Source of the DNA: Chthoniobacteraceae bacterium
Lineage (GTDB): Bacteria; Verrucomicrobiota; Verrucomicrobiia; Chthoniobacterales; Chthoniobacteraceae
DNA length: 60,919 nucleotides
Reading direction: 5' to 3'
NCBI GenBank assembly: GCA_031409655.1
Contig: JANNXQ010000286.1
Location: 1 to 60,919 of the forward strand
The notes beneath the pieces are model-generated. The model saw only the letters and a list, made by a program, of their open reading frames with translations. It had not been told where the DNA came from and made no database searches. The translations under genes and the position numbers were made by a program. This document shows, one piece after another, positions 1-10,454 of the stretch (its first letter is position 1; every line of letters starts with the position of its first letter).

Positions 1-3
1 CGA

Positions 4-31
4 TGCCGCACGGGACGGCGGCGCTCCCAGG
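4..31. repeat. REP-like palindrome arm, family A (tgccgcacgggacggcggcgctccc)
   Basis: Same sequence occurs as an inverted pair at 54457-54485 and 54565-54593. Confidence 0.75.
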
Positions 32-44
32 GCGGCGCTTCCGG

Positions 45-929
45 CTATTTCGCGAAGCCGCGCAGCTTCAGCCAAAACTCGCAGTCGCGCGTCCAGGGGT
101 GAAGTTTCTCCGGCTCGAAGGTCTTGTTTCCGAGGCCGATGCCATGGCGGCCTTTCGTGTAGAGATGCAGGTCAAAAGGCACGCCCTTCTCCCGCAGCGC
201 GGTGGCGTAGGCGAGAGCATTGTCCACCACCACCTTGTCGTCCTCCACGGTCTGCCAGACGAAGGTCGGCGGGGTGTCGCTGCGCACATTGCGCCGCGGG
301 GAGAGCAGGAGTTTCTGCTCGGGAGTGGCATTGGGGCCGAGGAAGCGCCCTTCGCGATCCGCATCCGGAAGATCGAAAAGAATGAAGCCGTAACAGAGCA
401 CCGCGAGATCCGGTCGCGAACTGACCTGCTCGATCGGATCCGTGGCGTCCGCTTTTCCAGCATCAAACTGCGTGCTCAGCGTCGCCGTAAGATGGCCGCC
501 AGCCGAGGAACCCATGAGCCCGATGCGCTGCGGGTCGAGTCCCCAGTCGGTGGCGTTTTTGCGGACGAGGCGGACCGCGCGGGCGGCATCGAGAAGGCTG
601 GTGGGGACGAGGTAGCCATCCGTGGTCAACCGGTATTTCAGGACGAAGGCGGCGATGCCCTGCGCGTTCAGCCAGCGGGCAAAAGGCTCACCTTCGTGCG
701 CGGCCAGCATGCGGTAGCCGCCGCCAGGGCAGACGATGAAAGCCGCGCCCGTGGCCTTGTCCGGTGCAGGCCAGAAAGGGGTGAGCGTCGGCGTGTCCTT
801 CTCCGCCGAGCCGAGCGAGCTCGGTGCGGCCCCAGCCCAGAGGCGGAGCGCTTCCGCAGGGCGCTCGGCGCTGGCGGTGGCGGCGATGAGGGCGAGGGCG
901 CAGAGGGTCCGAAGGATGGAGGGGAACAT
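45..929 (-). CDS. Secreted alpha/beta hydrolase (BD-FAE/xylan esterase-like)
   Basis: Signal peptide from ATG 929; CPGGGY, GSSAGGHL nucleophile motif, D and GRHGIG catalytic motifs. Confidence 0.88.
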   Translation of the reverse strand: MFPSILRTLCALALIAATASAERPAEALRLWAGAAPSSLGSAEKDTPTLTPFWPAPDKATGAAFIVCPGGGYRMLAAHEGEPFARWLNAQGIAAFVLKYRLTTDGYLVPTSLLDAARAVRLVRKNATDWGLDPQRIGLMGSSAGGHLTATLSTQFDAGKADATDPIEQVSSRPDLAVLCYGFILFDLPDADREGRFLGPNATPEQKLLLSPRRNVRSDTPPTFVWQTVEDDKVVVDNALAYATALREKGVPFDLHLYTKGRHGIGLGNKTFEPEKLHPWTRDCEFWLKLRGFAK

Positions 930-1025
930 TTGCGAATCGTTTCCGTTTCGCCCCGACGCCGCAAGGCTTGCCTGCGGCAAGGAGTTTCCCGCGCGGCTGC
1001 GCCTGCGGTGTGCTCTACTCGCAGC

Positions 1026-2066
1026 GTGCCTCCTCTCTCTCGTCGCGCCCTTTTCACCGCCGTTCCGGCCGCGGTCTTGGCGCTCGGCTATGCGGTCTCG
1101 GGACGGCGCCTGGGGATCCCGGCAGTGGTGCCGGCTTCGGAGCGGCTGCGGGGCGTCACCGTCTCCTGCCAGACCTGGGGCTGGGAGTGGGGCGATCCCG
1201 CGATGGCGCGGACGCTGGATGACTTGGCGGCTCTCGGTGCGAATGCCTTCGCCTTTCACCCCTATGCCCGGATCGGCGCCGACGGCCAGGTGCGCTGGGC
1301 GGCGGAGGAGCGGCCCGTCTGGATCAGCCGTCCGCTGGCTTGGGCAAAGGAACGCAGGCTCACGGCGATGGTCGTGCCGCACCTCGCGTATTGGGGTTCG
1401 CCATTCAAATGGCGCGGCGAAATCGACTTCAAAGATCCGGCGGCCTGGGATCGGTTCTTCGCGGATTATGAGCGCTGGATCGTCGGTCTCGCGCGGCTCG
1501 CGGAGGAAGGTGGTGCGCCGTTGTTTTGCGTGGGTCTCGAATACTCGCACGCGCAGAAATTCGAAGCGCGGTGGCGGCAAATCATCGCCTCGATTCGCGC
1601 GGTCTATCACGGCCGACTCACCTACGGCGCGAATTGGAACGAGGTCGAGAAGGTGCCTTTCTGGGACGCGCTCGATCATGTCGGGGTGCTCGCCTATTTC
1701 CCGCTCAGCGATTCGCCGGACCCTACGGTGGAGGAACTCGACCGCGCGTGGGTGCGTCTGGAGAAGGAACTGGCGGCAGTCTCCGCGCGGACGGGGAAGT
1801 CCGTCCTCTTCGTCGAGATGGGCTACGACGCGCGGGACTCTGCCGCGATCCGGCCATGGGCGGATGATGGCCCGGTCGGAACTCACGCCCGCGCCCTGCA
1901 GGTCCGCTGCCTCGCTGCTGGCTTGCGGGTTTGCGAGCGGGCCCCGTGGCTGGTGGGCGTCTTTCTCTGGAAGTGGTTTCCGGATCTGCGGGATCACGAA
2001 CGCGAGACCTTCGACCTGCGCGCCCCGGAGACCCGCGCCGTCATCCAGGCTGCTTGGGCTCGCTAA
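1026..2066 (+). CDS. Glycoside hydrolase family 113-like TIM-barrel protein
   Basis: GTG start with SRRALF Tat-like leader; WRGEI, CVGLE, YGANW, LAYFPL and FVEMGY motifs. Confidence 0.75.
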   Translation: MPPLSRRALFTAVPAAVLALGYAVSGRRLGIPAVVPASERLRGVTVSCQTWGWEWGDPAMARTLDDLAALGANAFAFHPYARIGADGQVRWAAEERPVWISRPLAWAKERRLTAMVVPHLAYWGSPFKWRGEIDFKDPAAWDRFFADYERWIVGLARLAEEGGAPLFCVGLEYSHAQKFEARWRQIIASIRAVYHGRLTYGANWNEVEKVPFWDALDHVGVLAYFPLSDSPDPTVEELDRAWVRLEKELAAVSARTGKSVLFVEMGYDARDSAAIRPWADDGPVGTHARALQVRCLAAGLRVCERAPWLVGVFLWKWFPDLRDHERETFDLRAPETRAVIQAAWAR

Positions 2067-3562
2067 GCTGGGGCGCGCGTCTGGTCCGCACGCCGCGCTT
2101 GCCTGACAATCACGAAGAGCAGCCAAACCAGAATCGGTGCGACCAGCCATGGGACAACGAGGAAGCCGCGGTGCTGCAATTGCCGGGATAGGTGCTGATG
2201 CCAGATATTGAGTCCCAGAAACGTCGAATAGCTCGAGGTATCGACGACGAAGTCTTCCTCAAGACCGAGTTCGCGGGAGGAGTAGCGATTGTTCCCTTGG
2301 GTGAGTTTGTGCTGCAAAAGGATCGCCTCACCAAGGAGGGCCGAGGGTAATTGATCCCGTCGGTCGCCCAGGATCACCTGGCGGATCGTCAGATACTCCT
2401 GATCCTTGACCGCTACTCCCACGCACTGCACCGCGGTCGAGAGGATCAAAAGACCCACGAAAGCCCATTTCCAACGCGGATGCCGATCGAGCGCAAAGGC
2501 GGCAGGAAGCATTAGGAGAAAAGTAACTGCCACCTGATAACGTGGCCCCCAGCACCATCCGCCCTCCCAAGCCGCGTAACGTGCATGAAAGACGAGGTTC
2601 ACCACGACCAGGGCTGTGGCCAGCCTGGCTTCGTGCCGGTGCTGACGCCAAAAGGAGGGGAATGCTGCGATCGAAAAGAGTAGGATTGGGGAATACCAGA
2701 GCAACCCCTTCTCCAGCGAGCAGGTCAGATTCCACAAGTTATCCAGCAAGTACTCATTGCTGAACCACGAGGCTTCACCGCCGTAACCTGATTCGAGCGC
2801 GCTCCCGAAGCGAAGGTAGTTCAGCAGGGCGAGTAACAACGCGAAGGGCGCACCGACGACCGCGATCGTCGCGAGCTTCCGGAAAAATCTCGGGACATCC
2901 GCGCGGTTTCTCACCCAAAGATAGACGACAAAGAGGGGCAGGTAGATGACCGTCACGAGCTTCACGAAGACCGCAAGCGAGAGCGCGACGCTCGATAGGG
3001 CCAGCCAGCGCGTCTCATTGCGCACGAACCCATAAAAGGCGATTAGGAGGGCGCACATCTGGATGATCTCCGAGAAGTCGTAAACGCTGTACTTCCAGAC
3101 CATCGTGCCCATCCCCAGGCCCAGCGTGCCGAGGGCCGCAGAGCCGTTCGACACCGCTAGATGCCGGAGGAGTAAGTGGAAAATCGCGCACGCTGCGGCC
3201 CCGAAAAAAATACTGCACGAAGAAACGAGAAAGTGGGCGACCAACTCATAGGGTGCTCCCGAGATCGCGCTGGCTCCTTTGGCGAGCAGGACAAAGGGCA
3301 CCCAGCAGAAGGCGAGGCCCGGCCCGTACTTACTGAAGGAACGTCCATTGCTCTCGAAAATACCGAGTTTGCCGGGCGTTGGTTCGATGATCAGAGAGCC
3401 TTTATCCACAAGGGCTTGCGCGGTCCGCAGCGAAAGCTCGCTGTCGAGGACCTGGATGTAGCCAGGCATCGACACGAAGTAGAAAAGGAGGAAGAACCCG
3501 GCGAGCAGGAGAGCGAGGCGAGTGGATGGATCGAGGGAACGAGTGAACAAGCGGATGGACAT
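2063..3562 (-). CDS. Polytopic membrane GT-C type glycosyltransferase (PMT/ArnT-like)
   Basis: Many TM segments, SKYGPG and WEGGWCWGPRY motifs; lies in a glycosyltransferase cluster; start at ATG 3562 inferred. Confidence 0.65.
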   Translation of the reverse strand: MSIRLFTRSLDPSTRLALLLAGFFLLFYFVSMPGYIQVLDSELSLRTAQALVDKGSLIIEPTPGKLGIFESNGRSFSKYGPGLAFCWVPFVLLAKGASAISGAPYELVAHFLVSSCSIFFGAAACAIFHLLLRHLAVSNGSAALGTLGLGMGTMVWKYSVYDFSEIIQMCALLIAFYGFVRNETRWLALSSVALSLAVFVKLVTVIYLPLFVVYLWVRNRADVPRFFRKLATIAVVGAPFALLLALLNYLRFGSALESGYGGEASWFSNEYLLDNLWNLTCSLEKGLLWYSPILLFSIAAFPSFWRQHRHEARLATALVVVNLVFHARYAAWEGGWCWGPRYQVAVTFLLMLPAAFALDRHPRWKWAFVGLLILSTAVQCVGVAVKDQEYLTIRQVILGDRRDQLPSALLGEAILLQHKLTQGNNRYSSRELGLEEDFVVDTSSYSTFLGLNIWHQHLSRQLQHRGFLVVPWLVAPILVWLLFVIVRQARRADQTRAPA

Positions 3563-3710
3563 TGCTGGAGATTTTCGGCGAGCGGAGGGAGGGCTCCACA
3601 GTGCGCTTTGAGGCAGAGGAGATAGCCGGCCACTGCCAGTCGTCGTGGGAAAAGAGAAACTGCTGGGAATGAAATGCTCGAACGAATATGGGAGCGCTGT
3701 CAAAAGCCAA

Positions 3711-4877
3711 ATGAACTCGCCGACCCTCGAACTGACCGTGCTGATGCCTTGCCTGAACGAGGCGGACACCATCGAGGTGTGCGTGCGCAAGGCGCTGCGC
3801 AGCATGGCGGAACTCGGGATTGAGGGCGAGGTCTTGATCGCTGACAACGGCAGCACGGATGGCTCACAGAAGATGGCGGAGGCCTTGGGAGCCCGAGTGG
3901 TGGACATCGCCGCGAAGGGCTACGGCAATGCGCTCATGGGAGGGATCGCGGCGGCACGGGGTCGCTTCATCATCATGGGTGATGCGGACGATAGTTACGA
4001 CTTCACGGAGATCCCGAGTTTCGTAGCAAAGCTCCGAGACGGGTTCGAGTTGGTGCAAGGCTGCCGGTTACCCGCGGGTGGCGGGCGGGTCTTGCCGGGA
4101 GCGATGCCGTTTTCTCATCGCTGGATGGGCAATCCGATGTTTTCGCTGATGGCGCGCTGGTGGTTCCGGGCACCGATTCACGACGTGTATTGCGGGATGC
4201 GCGGTTTTACCCGGCCTTTATACGAACGGCTCGATCAACGCTGTACGGGGATGGAGTTCGCGACGGAGATGATCATCAAGGCCAGCCTCCATGGCGCGAA
4301 GGTGGCCGAAGTGCCGATCACCTTGCACCCTGACGGACGGAAGAGTCACGCACCGCACTTAAAGACCTTCCGCGATGGCTGGCGGACGCTGCGCTTCTTT
4401 CTGCTCTTCAGCCCGCGCTGGCTATTCCTCGTCCCGGGCGCCCTCCTGATTCTCAGCGGACTGCTCGGGTACGCGCTCGCCTTACCGGGAGTGAACTTCG
4501 GACGCATCCACTTTGACGCCCACACGCTGGTTTTTGGGAGCCTGTTTTTACTCTGTGGGTATCAGTCGATTCTCTTCGCGATCTTTAGCAAAACGTACGC
4601 CATCCAAGAGCGGCTGATCCCTGAAGATGCCCGCCTCACCGCCTTCTACGGCCTCGTCAATTTGGAGCGAGGCTTGCTCGCCTCAGCGGTGATGTTTCTC
4701 GCCGGGGCCGCGCTCCTCGTCCAAGCAACCAACCAATGGAGGCTGGCTGACTTTGGGGCCATGGATTACCCGCAGACCATGCGACTCGTTGTTCCCGGAG
4801 CGACTCTCACGGCGCTGGCTTTTCAGACGATGCTTTCGAGTTTTTTTGTCAGCATCCTCGGCATGCATCGGAAGTAA
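3711..4877 (+). CDS. GT2 glycosyltransferase (polyprenol-phosphate glycosyltransferase-like) with C-terminal TM helices
   Basis: MPCLNE, DNGSTDGS, GDADDSYD and CGMRGF motifs. Confidence 0.9.
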   Translation: MNSPTLELTVLMPCLNEADTIEVCVRKALRSMAELGIEGEVLIADNGSTDGSQKMAEALGARVVDIAAKGYGNALMGGIAAARGRFIIMGDADDSYDFTEIPSFVAKLRDGFELVQGCRLPAGGGRVLPGAMPFSHRWMGNPMFSLMARWWFRAPIHDVYCGMRGFTRPLYERLDQRCTGMEFATEMIIKASLHGAKVAEVPITLHPDGRKSHAPHLKTFRDGWRTLRFFLLFSPRWLFLVPGALLILSGLLGYALALPGVNFGRIHFDAHTLVFGSLFLLCGYQSILFAIFSKTYAIQERLIPEDARLTAFYGLVNLERGLLASAVMFLAGAALLVQATNQWRLADFGAMDYPQTMRLVVPGATLTALAFQTMLSSFFVSILGMHRK

Positions 4878-4878
4878 G

Positions 4879-5493
4879 TCACGCAGGCGTGCCGAGTTTA
4901 TCGACTCGCGCAACCAGATGGAGCGAGCGGCCAAACAGCCAGTTGGCAAAGAAAGGGTAGAGTTTCACGCGATCGTTCCAGGCAGTGGCGTGGAGGTGGA
5001 GTTCCTCAAAGGCGCGTTTCCAGCGTTCCGGTGGCCAATAGTTGTAGGGGAGCACGACGTTGTGTTTGGCGTTGCTCAAGGTGTCCATGAAGCGCAGCAA
5101 CGCGGCGTCGGCGCGATTGTGGCAGAGGTGATCTTTGAGGATGATCCCGCGGCGGGCGACGCGGGCCGCTTCCCGCAGGAGCACCGTCGGGTCGTCGGTG
5201 TGGTGCAGGACGTCGATGAACATCACGTAGTCGTAGGCTCCGTTGGGGTAGGGGAGCGTGACGCCGTCAAAACCAGTGACGGGAATAAAGGTGTTCGGGC
5301 GGACCAGCACGTCCAGTCCCTGAACCTCAATCGCGGGTCGTGAAGTCCGAATCTCTGCGGCGAGGCGCCCATCGCCACAGCCCACATCCAACAAAGAACC
5401 CTGGCTCGGCAGTAGTCCCAGGATGAGTTCACGCAGCCGGGTGACCCGTGGCTGATGCACGCAATTCTCGTGGAAGGAGTCGATGAACTTCAA
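4879..5493 (-). CDS. Class I SAM-dependent methyltransferase
   Basis: LLDVGCGDG motif I, DVLHH; TTG start inferred. Confidence 0.82.
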   Translation of the reverse strand: MKFIDSFHENCVHQPRVTRLRELILGLLPSQGSLLDVGCGDGRLAAEIRTSRPAIEVQGLDVLVRPNTFIPVTGFDGVTLPYPNGAYDYVMFIDVLHHTDDPTVLLREAARVARRGIILKDHLCHNRADAALLRFMDTLSNAKHNVVLPYNYWPPERWKRAFEELHLHATAWNDRVKLYPFFANWLFGRSLHLVARVDKLGTPA

Positions 5494-5629
5494 AGCAATG
5501 AGGCGCAAAAGGAGAGACGGGTGCGCTCTATGGCTGGCCGGCTCGCATCTTGTCAAGGTCGTGGTCTGTCGCAAAATGGAACGCGAGCGGCGTGGACGAC
5601 GAGACCGGTTTTTGCTTCGCTCCCTGCCC

Positions 5630-6334
5630 GTGCCACCTACGAGTCCCTGCGTTTCCGTCGTCATTCCCGTTTTCAACGAGGAAGTGACCGTTGTCCACGT
5701 CGCCGAGGTCGTCCTCATGCAACCGTGCGTGCGGGAGTTGATCATCGTCGATGATTGTTCGACCGATGCGACTTGGGACGCAGTGGAGAAATTTCGCGGA
5801 CTGAACCCGGGCGTGAAGACCGCGCGCCACGCCGTCAATCAGGGGAAGGGAGCCGCGCTGCGGACTGGCTTCGCGCTGGCCACCGCCGATCTGGTCGTTA
5901 TCCAGGATGCCGATCTCGAGTACGACCCGGGCGAATACGAGACGCTCATCCGACCGATCCTTAATGACCATGCGGATGTCGTCTATGGCTCGCGCTTTGC
6001 AGGCGCCGGTGCGCATCGCGTGCTCTACTACTGGCATTCGGTGGGGAACAAGTTTCTCACCACCCTCTCGAACATGGCGACGAACTTGAACCTTTCGGAC
6101 ATGGAAACCTGCTACAAGGCTTTCCGGCGGGAGATTCTGCAAAAGATCACGATTGAAGAGTCGCGCTTTGGGTTTGAACCGGAGATCACGGCGAAGGTGG
6201 CGCGGCTTGGCGCCCGCATCTATGAGGTTCCCATCTCCTATAACGGGCGGACGTATGAGGAGGGGAAAAAGATCAACTGGCGCGATGGGGTGAGTGCGCT
6301 GCGTTGCATCCTCAAGTATAACTTCCTCCAGTGA
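5630..6334 (+). CDS. GT2 glycosyltransferase (DPM1-like)
   Basis: VVIPVFNE, VDDCSTD, NQGKGAA, QDADLEYDP and DMETCYK motifs; GTG start inferred. Confidence 0.9.
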   Translation: MPPTSPCVSVVIPVFNEEVTVVHVAEVVLMQPCVRELIIVDDCSTDATWDAVEKFRGLNPGVKTARHAVNQGKGAALRTGFALATADLVVIQDADLEYDPGEYETLIRPILNDHADVVYGSRFAGAGAHRVLYYWHSVGNKFLTTLSNMATNLNLSDMETCYKAFRREILQKITIEESRFGFEPEITAKVARLGARIYEVPISYNGRTYEEGKKINWRDGVSALRCILKYNFLQ

Positions 6335-7053
6335 TGGCCGAGTCCGTTCCCAACGCGGCCGCGTCGAGTGAGGACTTTGAATTTGAGGCTTTGCGCGAGG
6401 CTGGAAACTATCGCCGCGCTCTCCTCCGCGAATTCAGGGCCTTTCTAAAAGGCGACGTGATCGAGATCGGTGCGGGCATCGGACAGATCACCGAGCATTT
6501 GCTGGAGTTGCCGGACATTTCGCGGCTGATCGCCGTCGAACCAGACCCGACCCTCAGTCGTCGCCATCGGGAACAATTTCCGCAACACGAACTCTACGCG
6601 GGCACGATCGTCGATGTCCCGCCCGCTCCCGGTTGGGACGCAATCCTGAGCATCAACGTCCTCGAACACATCGAGCATGACGCCGAGGAACTCGGGCGCT
6701 ACGCGGCGCTGTTGCGCGCGCGCCGGGGGCATTTCTGCGTGCTCGTTCCTGCCAGGCCGGAGATCTATGCGCCGATGGACAAGGACTTTGGCCACTTCCG
6801 CCGCTACACGCGGCCGGAGTTGCGCGGGAAGTTGGAAGGCGCCGGCTTTGAGATCGTGCGCCTTTGTTACTTCAATTTCGTGGGCTACTTTGCCTGGTGG
6901 CTGAACTTCAAGGTCTTGAAAAAACGCGTCTTTGAACCGGGTAAGGTCCGCTTCTACGACCGGATGATTTTTCCGACCGTCCACTTCCTGGAGTCGAAGC
7001 TCTTGCGCCCGCCTTTCGGGCAGAGCCTCATCGCGGTCGGGCGGGCGAAGTGA
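6331..7053 (+). CDS. Class I SAM-dependent methyltransferase
   Basis: IEIGAGIG, NVLEHIE and GHFRRY motifs; overlaps the upstream GT2 stop. Confidence 0.85.
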   Translation: MMAESVPNAAASSEDFEFEALREAGNYRRALLREFRAFLKGDVIEIGAGIGQITEHLLELPDISRLIAVEPDPTLSRRHREQFPQHELYAGTIVDVPPAPGWDAILSINVLEHIEHDAEELGRYAALLRARRGHFCVLVPARPEIYAPMDKDFGHFRRYTRPELRGKLEGAGFEIVRLCYFNFVGYFAWWLNFKVLKKRVFEPGKVRFYDRMIFPTVHFLESKLLRPPFGQSLIAVGRAK

Positions 7054-8796
7054 TCAATCCTCCCGGTTTGTCCAGCGGTCGCGATCCGCATAGAAGACGC
7101 AGTCGTTATCCTTGGGCAGCGGCGTCACGGCCTTGAAGGGTAACTCCCGCGATTCGACCTTGCGCATAATGTAGGGTGACCACTCGCGATACTCGCCTTT
7201 GACCACGCCATAGAGGAACGGCTGATTCGCAGAGATGGGAGTGAGGTAAAGGCCGACAACCTGTCCCTTGAGTTGGTCATAGTCGTTCAGGGTCGTGAAA
7301 TCCTTGAGAGTCATCGGAAGCCAGAGGCTGGTGCGATCGGCATACCAGGCCACCGCCCACGGCATGTCCGAGGCGATCATTTCACGCTCCAGAGTCCAGG
7401 TGCCGAGGACGCTGATCCAGGGTGGGCAGTAAGGTGGCCACTGCCACGGTAGTTGCGCGCTGCCGAGCAGTCTCCGCGTGGTCTGGATAAATGGGAGACC
7501 GGAGACAATGAAAAGTAAGGTGATGAAGCCGATCCGGATGAGGCGGTAGTTCAACTCCAGGCGCGACCAGAGCACCAGGATAAAGGCCAGTCCGTAGAAC
7601 GTCATGATCGGGATGAAGAGGACGTGGACGTCATTGGCGCGCAGCCCGGAGTCTTCGGGAAAGCCGAAAATCGACATCCCCAGCACCCCGAAGAGCCAGG
7701 CCGAAAGCACGCACCAGCGGAAGGCGGCGGTGAGCGGGTTCTTAAAGAGATGGAGCAGGGCAATGAAGAAGACCGGGGCAAGGACGAGCGTGCCGAGGAG
7801 GGGCAGGATTTCCTGAAATTGCTCCATGGTGCGCTGCCGGATCTTATCGCCAAAGGAGCGCGGCGTCACTCCTTCGAGCGGCATCCGCATCGACCGCATG
7901 ATCGTGGTGTCCGTGCCGGCGATGTCGGCGAGGGCCGAGTACCAGCCGAGCCCGACGGGCGTCCCGCAGACGCGCTGATTCCGCACCAGCCACGGGCTGT
8001 AGCAAACGAGAAAGACCGCGGCCATGACCGCGGCGTGGACGCCGATGGGTCGGAAGAAGATGAGAGTGAAAACGATGACTCCGACGAACACCCAGATGGT
8101 GATCCCGTGGGCGAGGGCGAGCGCGCCGAAGCCCAGACCGACGGCCACCACCCAACCCATCGACCTTCGACCTTCCTGCCGTGCGTCGATCGCCCGGAGG
8201 AGCGCGTAGGCCGTGCAGTTAAAGAGGAAAAGCATCAACATCTGCGGCAAGCCAGACATCGCGTAATCCCAGAGTCGCTGACACATCAGGACGAGGCCGA
8301 TGCCGAGGATCGCGAGGCGATGATCAAAGAGCCGCCGGGCGATGAAGTAACTGACCAACACCGAGAGTAAGAGGAAAACCACGCAGACGCCGGCGATGAT
8401 TTGATCGCCCGGGTAGAGGAGTTGTTTGGAGGTCATCACCCACTTGCTCTTGATCGCCTTGAGCGCGAAGGAATTCAGCCAGGGGTGGAGCGGCGCGTGA
8501 TAGGTGTCGGGCGTGCGTTCGGTGGGAAAAGCGCCCGTCTTGGTCTCGAACTGCCAAAGCGCGGCGGGTCGGATGAACTTCGTCGAAAACCCGTTCCCCC
8601 GCGCGATCTCGCGGGCGATCTGCGCCTGGTCCATGGCCACCGGATGAGCCAGCCCGCGGAAACCCGCGTCGCGGAAGAACCACAGGCTGACTAAAAACGC
8701 GATCCCGCCGAGCAGCACCGCCAGTTGGATCCACCCTTTCCACTTACCCTCTTCGAGGCTGTGGACGATTTCCTGGACTTTGACTTCAGACGCCAT
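7054..8796 (-). CDS. ArnT/GT39-like integral membrane glycosyltransferase
   Basis: AMDQAQIAREIARGNGF N-terminal loop, multiple TM helices. Confidence 0.7.
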   Translation of the reverse strand: MASEVKVQEIVHSLEEGKWKGWIQLAVLLGGIAFLVSLWFFRDAGFRGLAHPVAMDQAQIAREIARGNGFSTKFIRPAALWQFETKTGAFPTERTPDTYHAPLHPWLNSFALKAIKSKWVMTSKQLLYPGDQIIAGVCVVFLLLSVLVSYFIARRLFDHRLAILGIGLVLMCQRLWDYAMSGLPQMLMLFLFNCTAYALLRAIDARQEGRRSMGWVVAVGLGFGALALAHGITIWVFVGVIVFTLIFFRPIGVHAAVMAAVFLVCYSPWLVRNQRVCGTPVGLGWYSALADIAGTDTTIMRSMRMPLEGVTPRSFGDKIRQRTMEQFQEILPLLGTLVLAPVFFIALLHLFKNPLTAAFRWCVLSAWLFGVLGMSIFGFPEDSGLRANDVHVLFIPIMTFYGLAFILVLWSRLELNYRLIRIGFITLLFIVSGLPFIQTTRRLLGSAQLPWQWPPYCPPWISVLGTWTLEREMIASDMPWAVAWYADRTSLWLPMTLKDFTTLNDYDQLKGQVVGLYLTPISANQPFLYGVVKGEYREWSPYIMRKVESRELPFKAVTPLPKDNDCVFYADRDRWTNRED

Positions 8797-10174
8797 CTTT
8801 TTGTGCTTTCAGTTCGTTGAGCTTGCGGTGGAGGGTGCGACGGCTGATGCCCAGCTTCTTGGCGGCGTGGGTGATATTTCCATCCGTCTCTTGCAGGGCT
8901 TGAAGGATCAGGCGGTGTTCAGTCTGGTGCAAATTGAAGTGCTCGCCGGGTTCTGTCGGGATGAACTTGGTGGGCGAGAGAGATCCTCCAGCGTTTCCCG
9001 CGCCCTCGCGCACGGCACTCGGTAGATCGCGCAGGCCGATCTTCGGTCCGGTGGTCATGACGACGCCGTGCTCGATGGCCGTCCGCAGCTCGCGCACATT
9101 CCCCGGCCAGTCGTAGCGCAGGATCGCCTGCAAGGCGTCGGTGGTGAGTTCGGTTACTGGCTTGTTATTCTCCTCGGAGAAAGTCTTGAGCAAGGCGCGG
9201 AGGAGCAGGGGAATGTCTTCCTTTCGCGCGCGCAGGGGCGGCATCTGGATGGTCACGACGTTCAGCCGGAAGAAGAGGTCGTCGCGAAACTTTCCCTCGT
9301 TCACGAGCTTGGTGAGGTTCTTATTCGTCGCTGCCACGAGGCGCACATCGACCTTCATCGGCGTATTGCTGCCCACGCGTTCAAAGGCCCGCTCCTCCCC
9401 CAGCACCCGCAGGAGTTTCACCTGCGTGAGCGCGTCGATCTCGCCGATTTCATCGAGGAAAATGGTCCCGCCATTTGCCTGCTCGAAGCGCCCGATGCGC
9501 CGTTCGTGGGCGCCGGTGAAGGCGCCTTTCTCGTGACCGAAAAGTTCGCTGGCGAGTAGCTCCGGCGTGAGCGCGGCGCAGTGGACGGCCACGAATTTCG
9601 GCTTCGGCCGCCCGCTCAGGGCGTGCAGGGCCTGGGCCACGAGTTCCTTCCCCGTGCCGCTCTCGCCCAGGATGAGTACCGTGGCCCGCGTGGGCGCGAC
9701 TTGCTTGATGGTGTCGAAGACACTCTGCATCGCCGCCGATTCCCCGATCAGCCGCTCCAGCCCGTAGCGTTTCTCCACCTGCTGCTTGAGCTCGACGACC
9801 TCCTTTTCCACATGCTGGCTGCGCAGCGCGCGATGGATGAGGATCTCGAGCCGGTCGATATTGATCGGCTTCGTGATGAAATCGTAAGCCCCGCGTTTCA
9901 TCGCCTCCACGGCCGCGTCCACTGAGCCATAGGCGGTCATCATGATGACGACGGGCGGATGCGGGCGGGCGAGGATTTTGTCGATGAGCACCATCCCATC
10001 CTCGCCGCCGATCCGCAGATCCGTGAGCACGAGATCCACCTCTTCGCGCTCGATGGCGCCGAGCGCTCCCGCGATGTCCGCCGCGATATAGACATCGAAA
10101 GAATCCTCCAGCGACGCGCGCAAGCCTTCGCGCGTGTGCTTTTCGTCATCCACGATGAGCAGGGTGGGGTTCAT
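8786..10174 (-). CDS. Sigma-54-dependent response regulator (NtrC/AtoC family)
   Basis: Receiver domain, GESGTGKE, GAFTGA, FLDEIGE, WPGNVREL, Fis-type HTH. Confidence 0.95.
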   Translation of the reverse strand: MNPTLLIVDDEKHTREGLRASLEDSFDVYIAADIAGALGAIEREEVDLVLTDLRIGGEDGMVLIDKILARPHPPVVIMMTAYGSVDAAVEAMKRGAYDFITKPINIDRLEILIHRALRSQHVEKEVVELKQQVEKRYGLERLIGESAAMQSVFDTIKQVAPTRATVLILGESGTGKELVAQALHALSGRPKPKFVAVHCAALTPELLASELFGHEKGAFTGAHERRIGRFEQANGGTIFLDEIGEIDALTQVKLLRVLGEERAFERVGSNTPMKVDVRLVAATNKNLTKLVNEGKFRDDLFFRLNVVTIQMPPLRARKEDIPLLLRALLKTFSEENNKPVTELTTDALQAILRYDWPGNVRELRTAIEHGVVMTTGPKIGLRDLPSAVREGAGNAGGSLSPTKFIPTEPGEHFNLHQTEHRLILQALQETDGNITHAAKKLGISRRTLHRKLNELKAQKDGV

Positions 10175-10282
10175 GAAACGGGACGGGTCTTGTAATGGGC
10201 CGAAGGGCCGCTGACAAGGAGCGCGGTCGCTGGCGTTGCACGATGGGCGTGATCAAAAGTGGTGCAAACGTGCCGCAGTGGT

Positions 10283-10348
10283 TCGTCCTCGTCCTCGAAA
10301 AATCGCGCTTCGATCGAGGACGAGTCGGAGTACGAGTACGAGGACGAG
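10283..10348. repeat. Intergenic inverted hexamer array (tcgtcc)n ... (cgagga/cgagta)n
   Basis: tcgtcctcgtcctcg followed by cgaggacgag...tacgagtacgaggacgag, which can fold back. Confidence 0.55.
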
Positions 10349-10454
10349 TTGCCGAGCTTGCACCACATTTAATCAAACCCTTGCACGATACCTCCGCCGC
10401 CCGCCCAGCGTGATCCCGGTCTTCCCACCGCGAGCGGGCCGCGTAGGATGACGC

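Noticed and set aside
45..2150. Long overlapping ORFs of 701 aa (-) and 687 aa (+)
   Set aside because: Each is a real gene extended by the antisense shadow of its divergent neighbour; true starts are near 929 (-) and 1026 (+).
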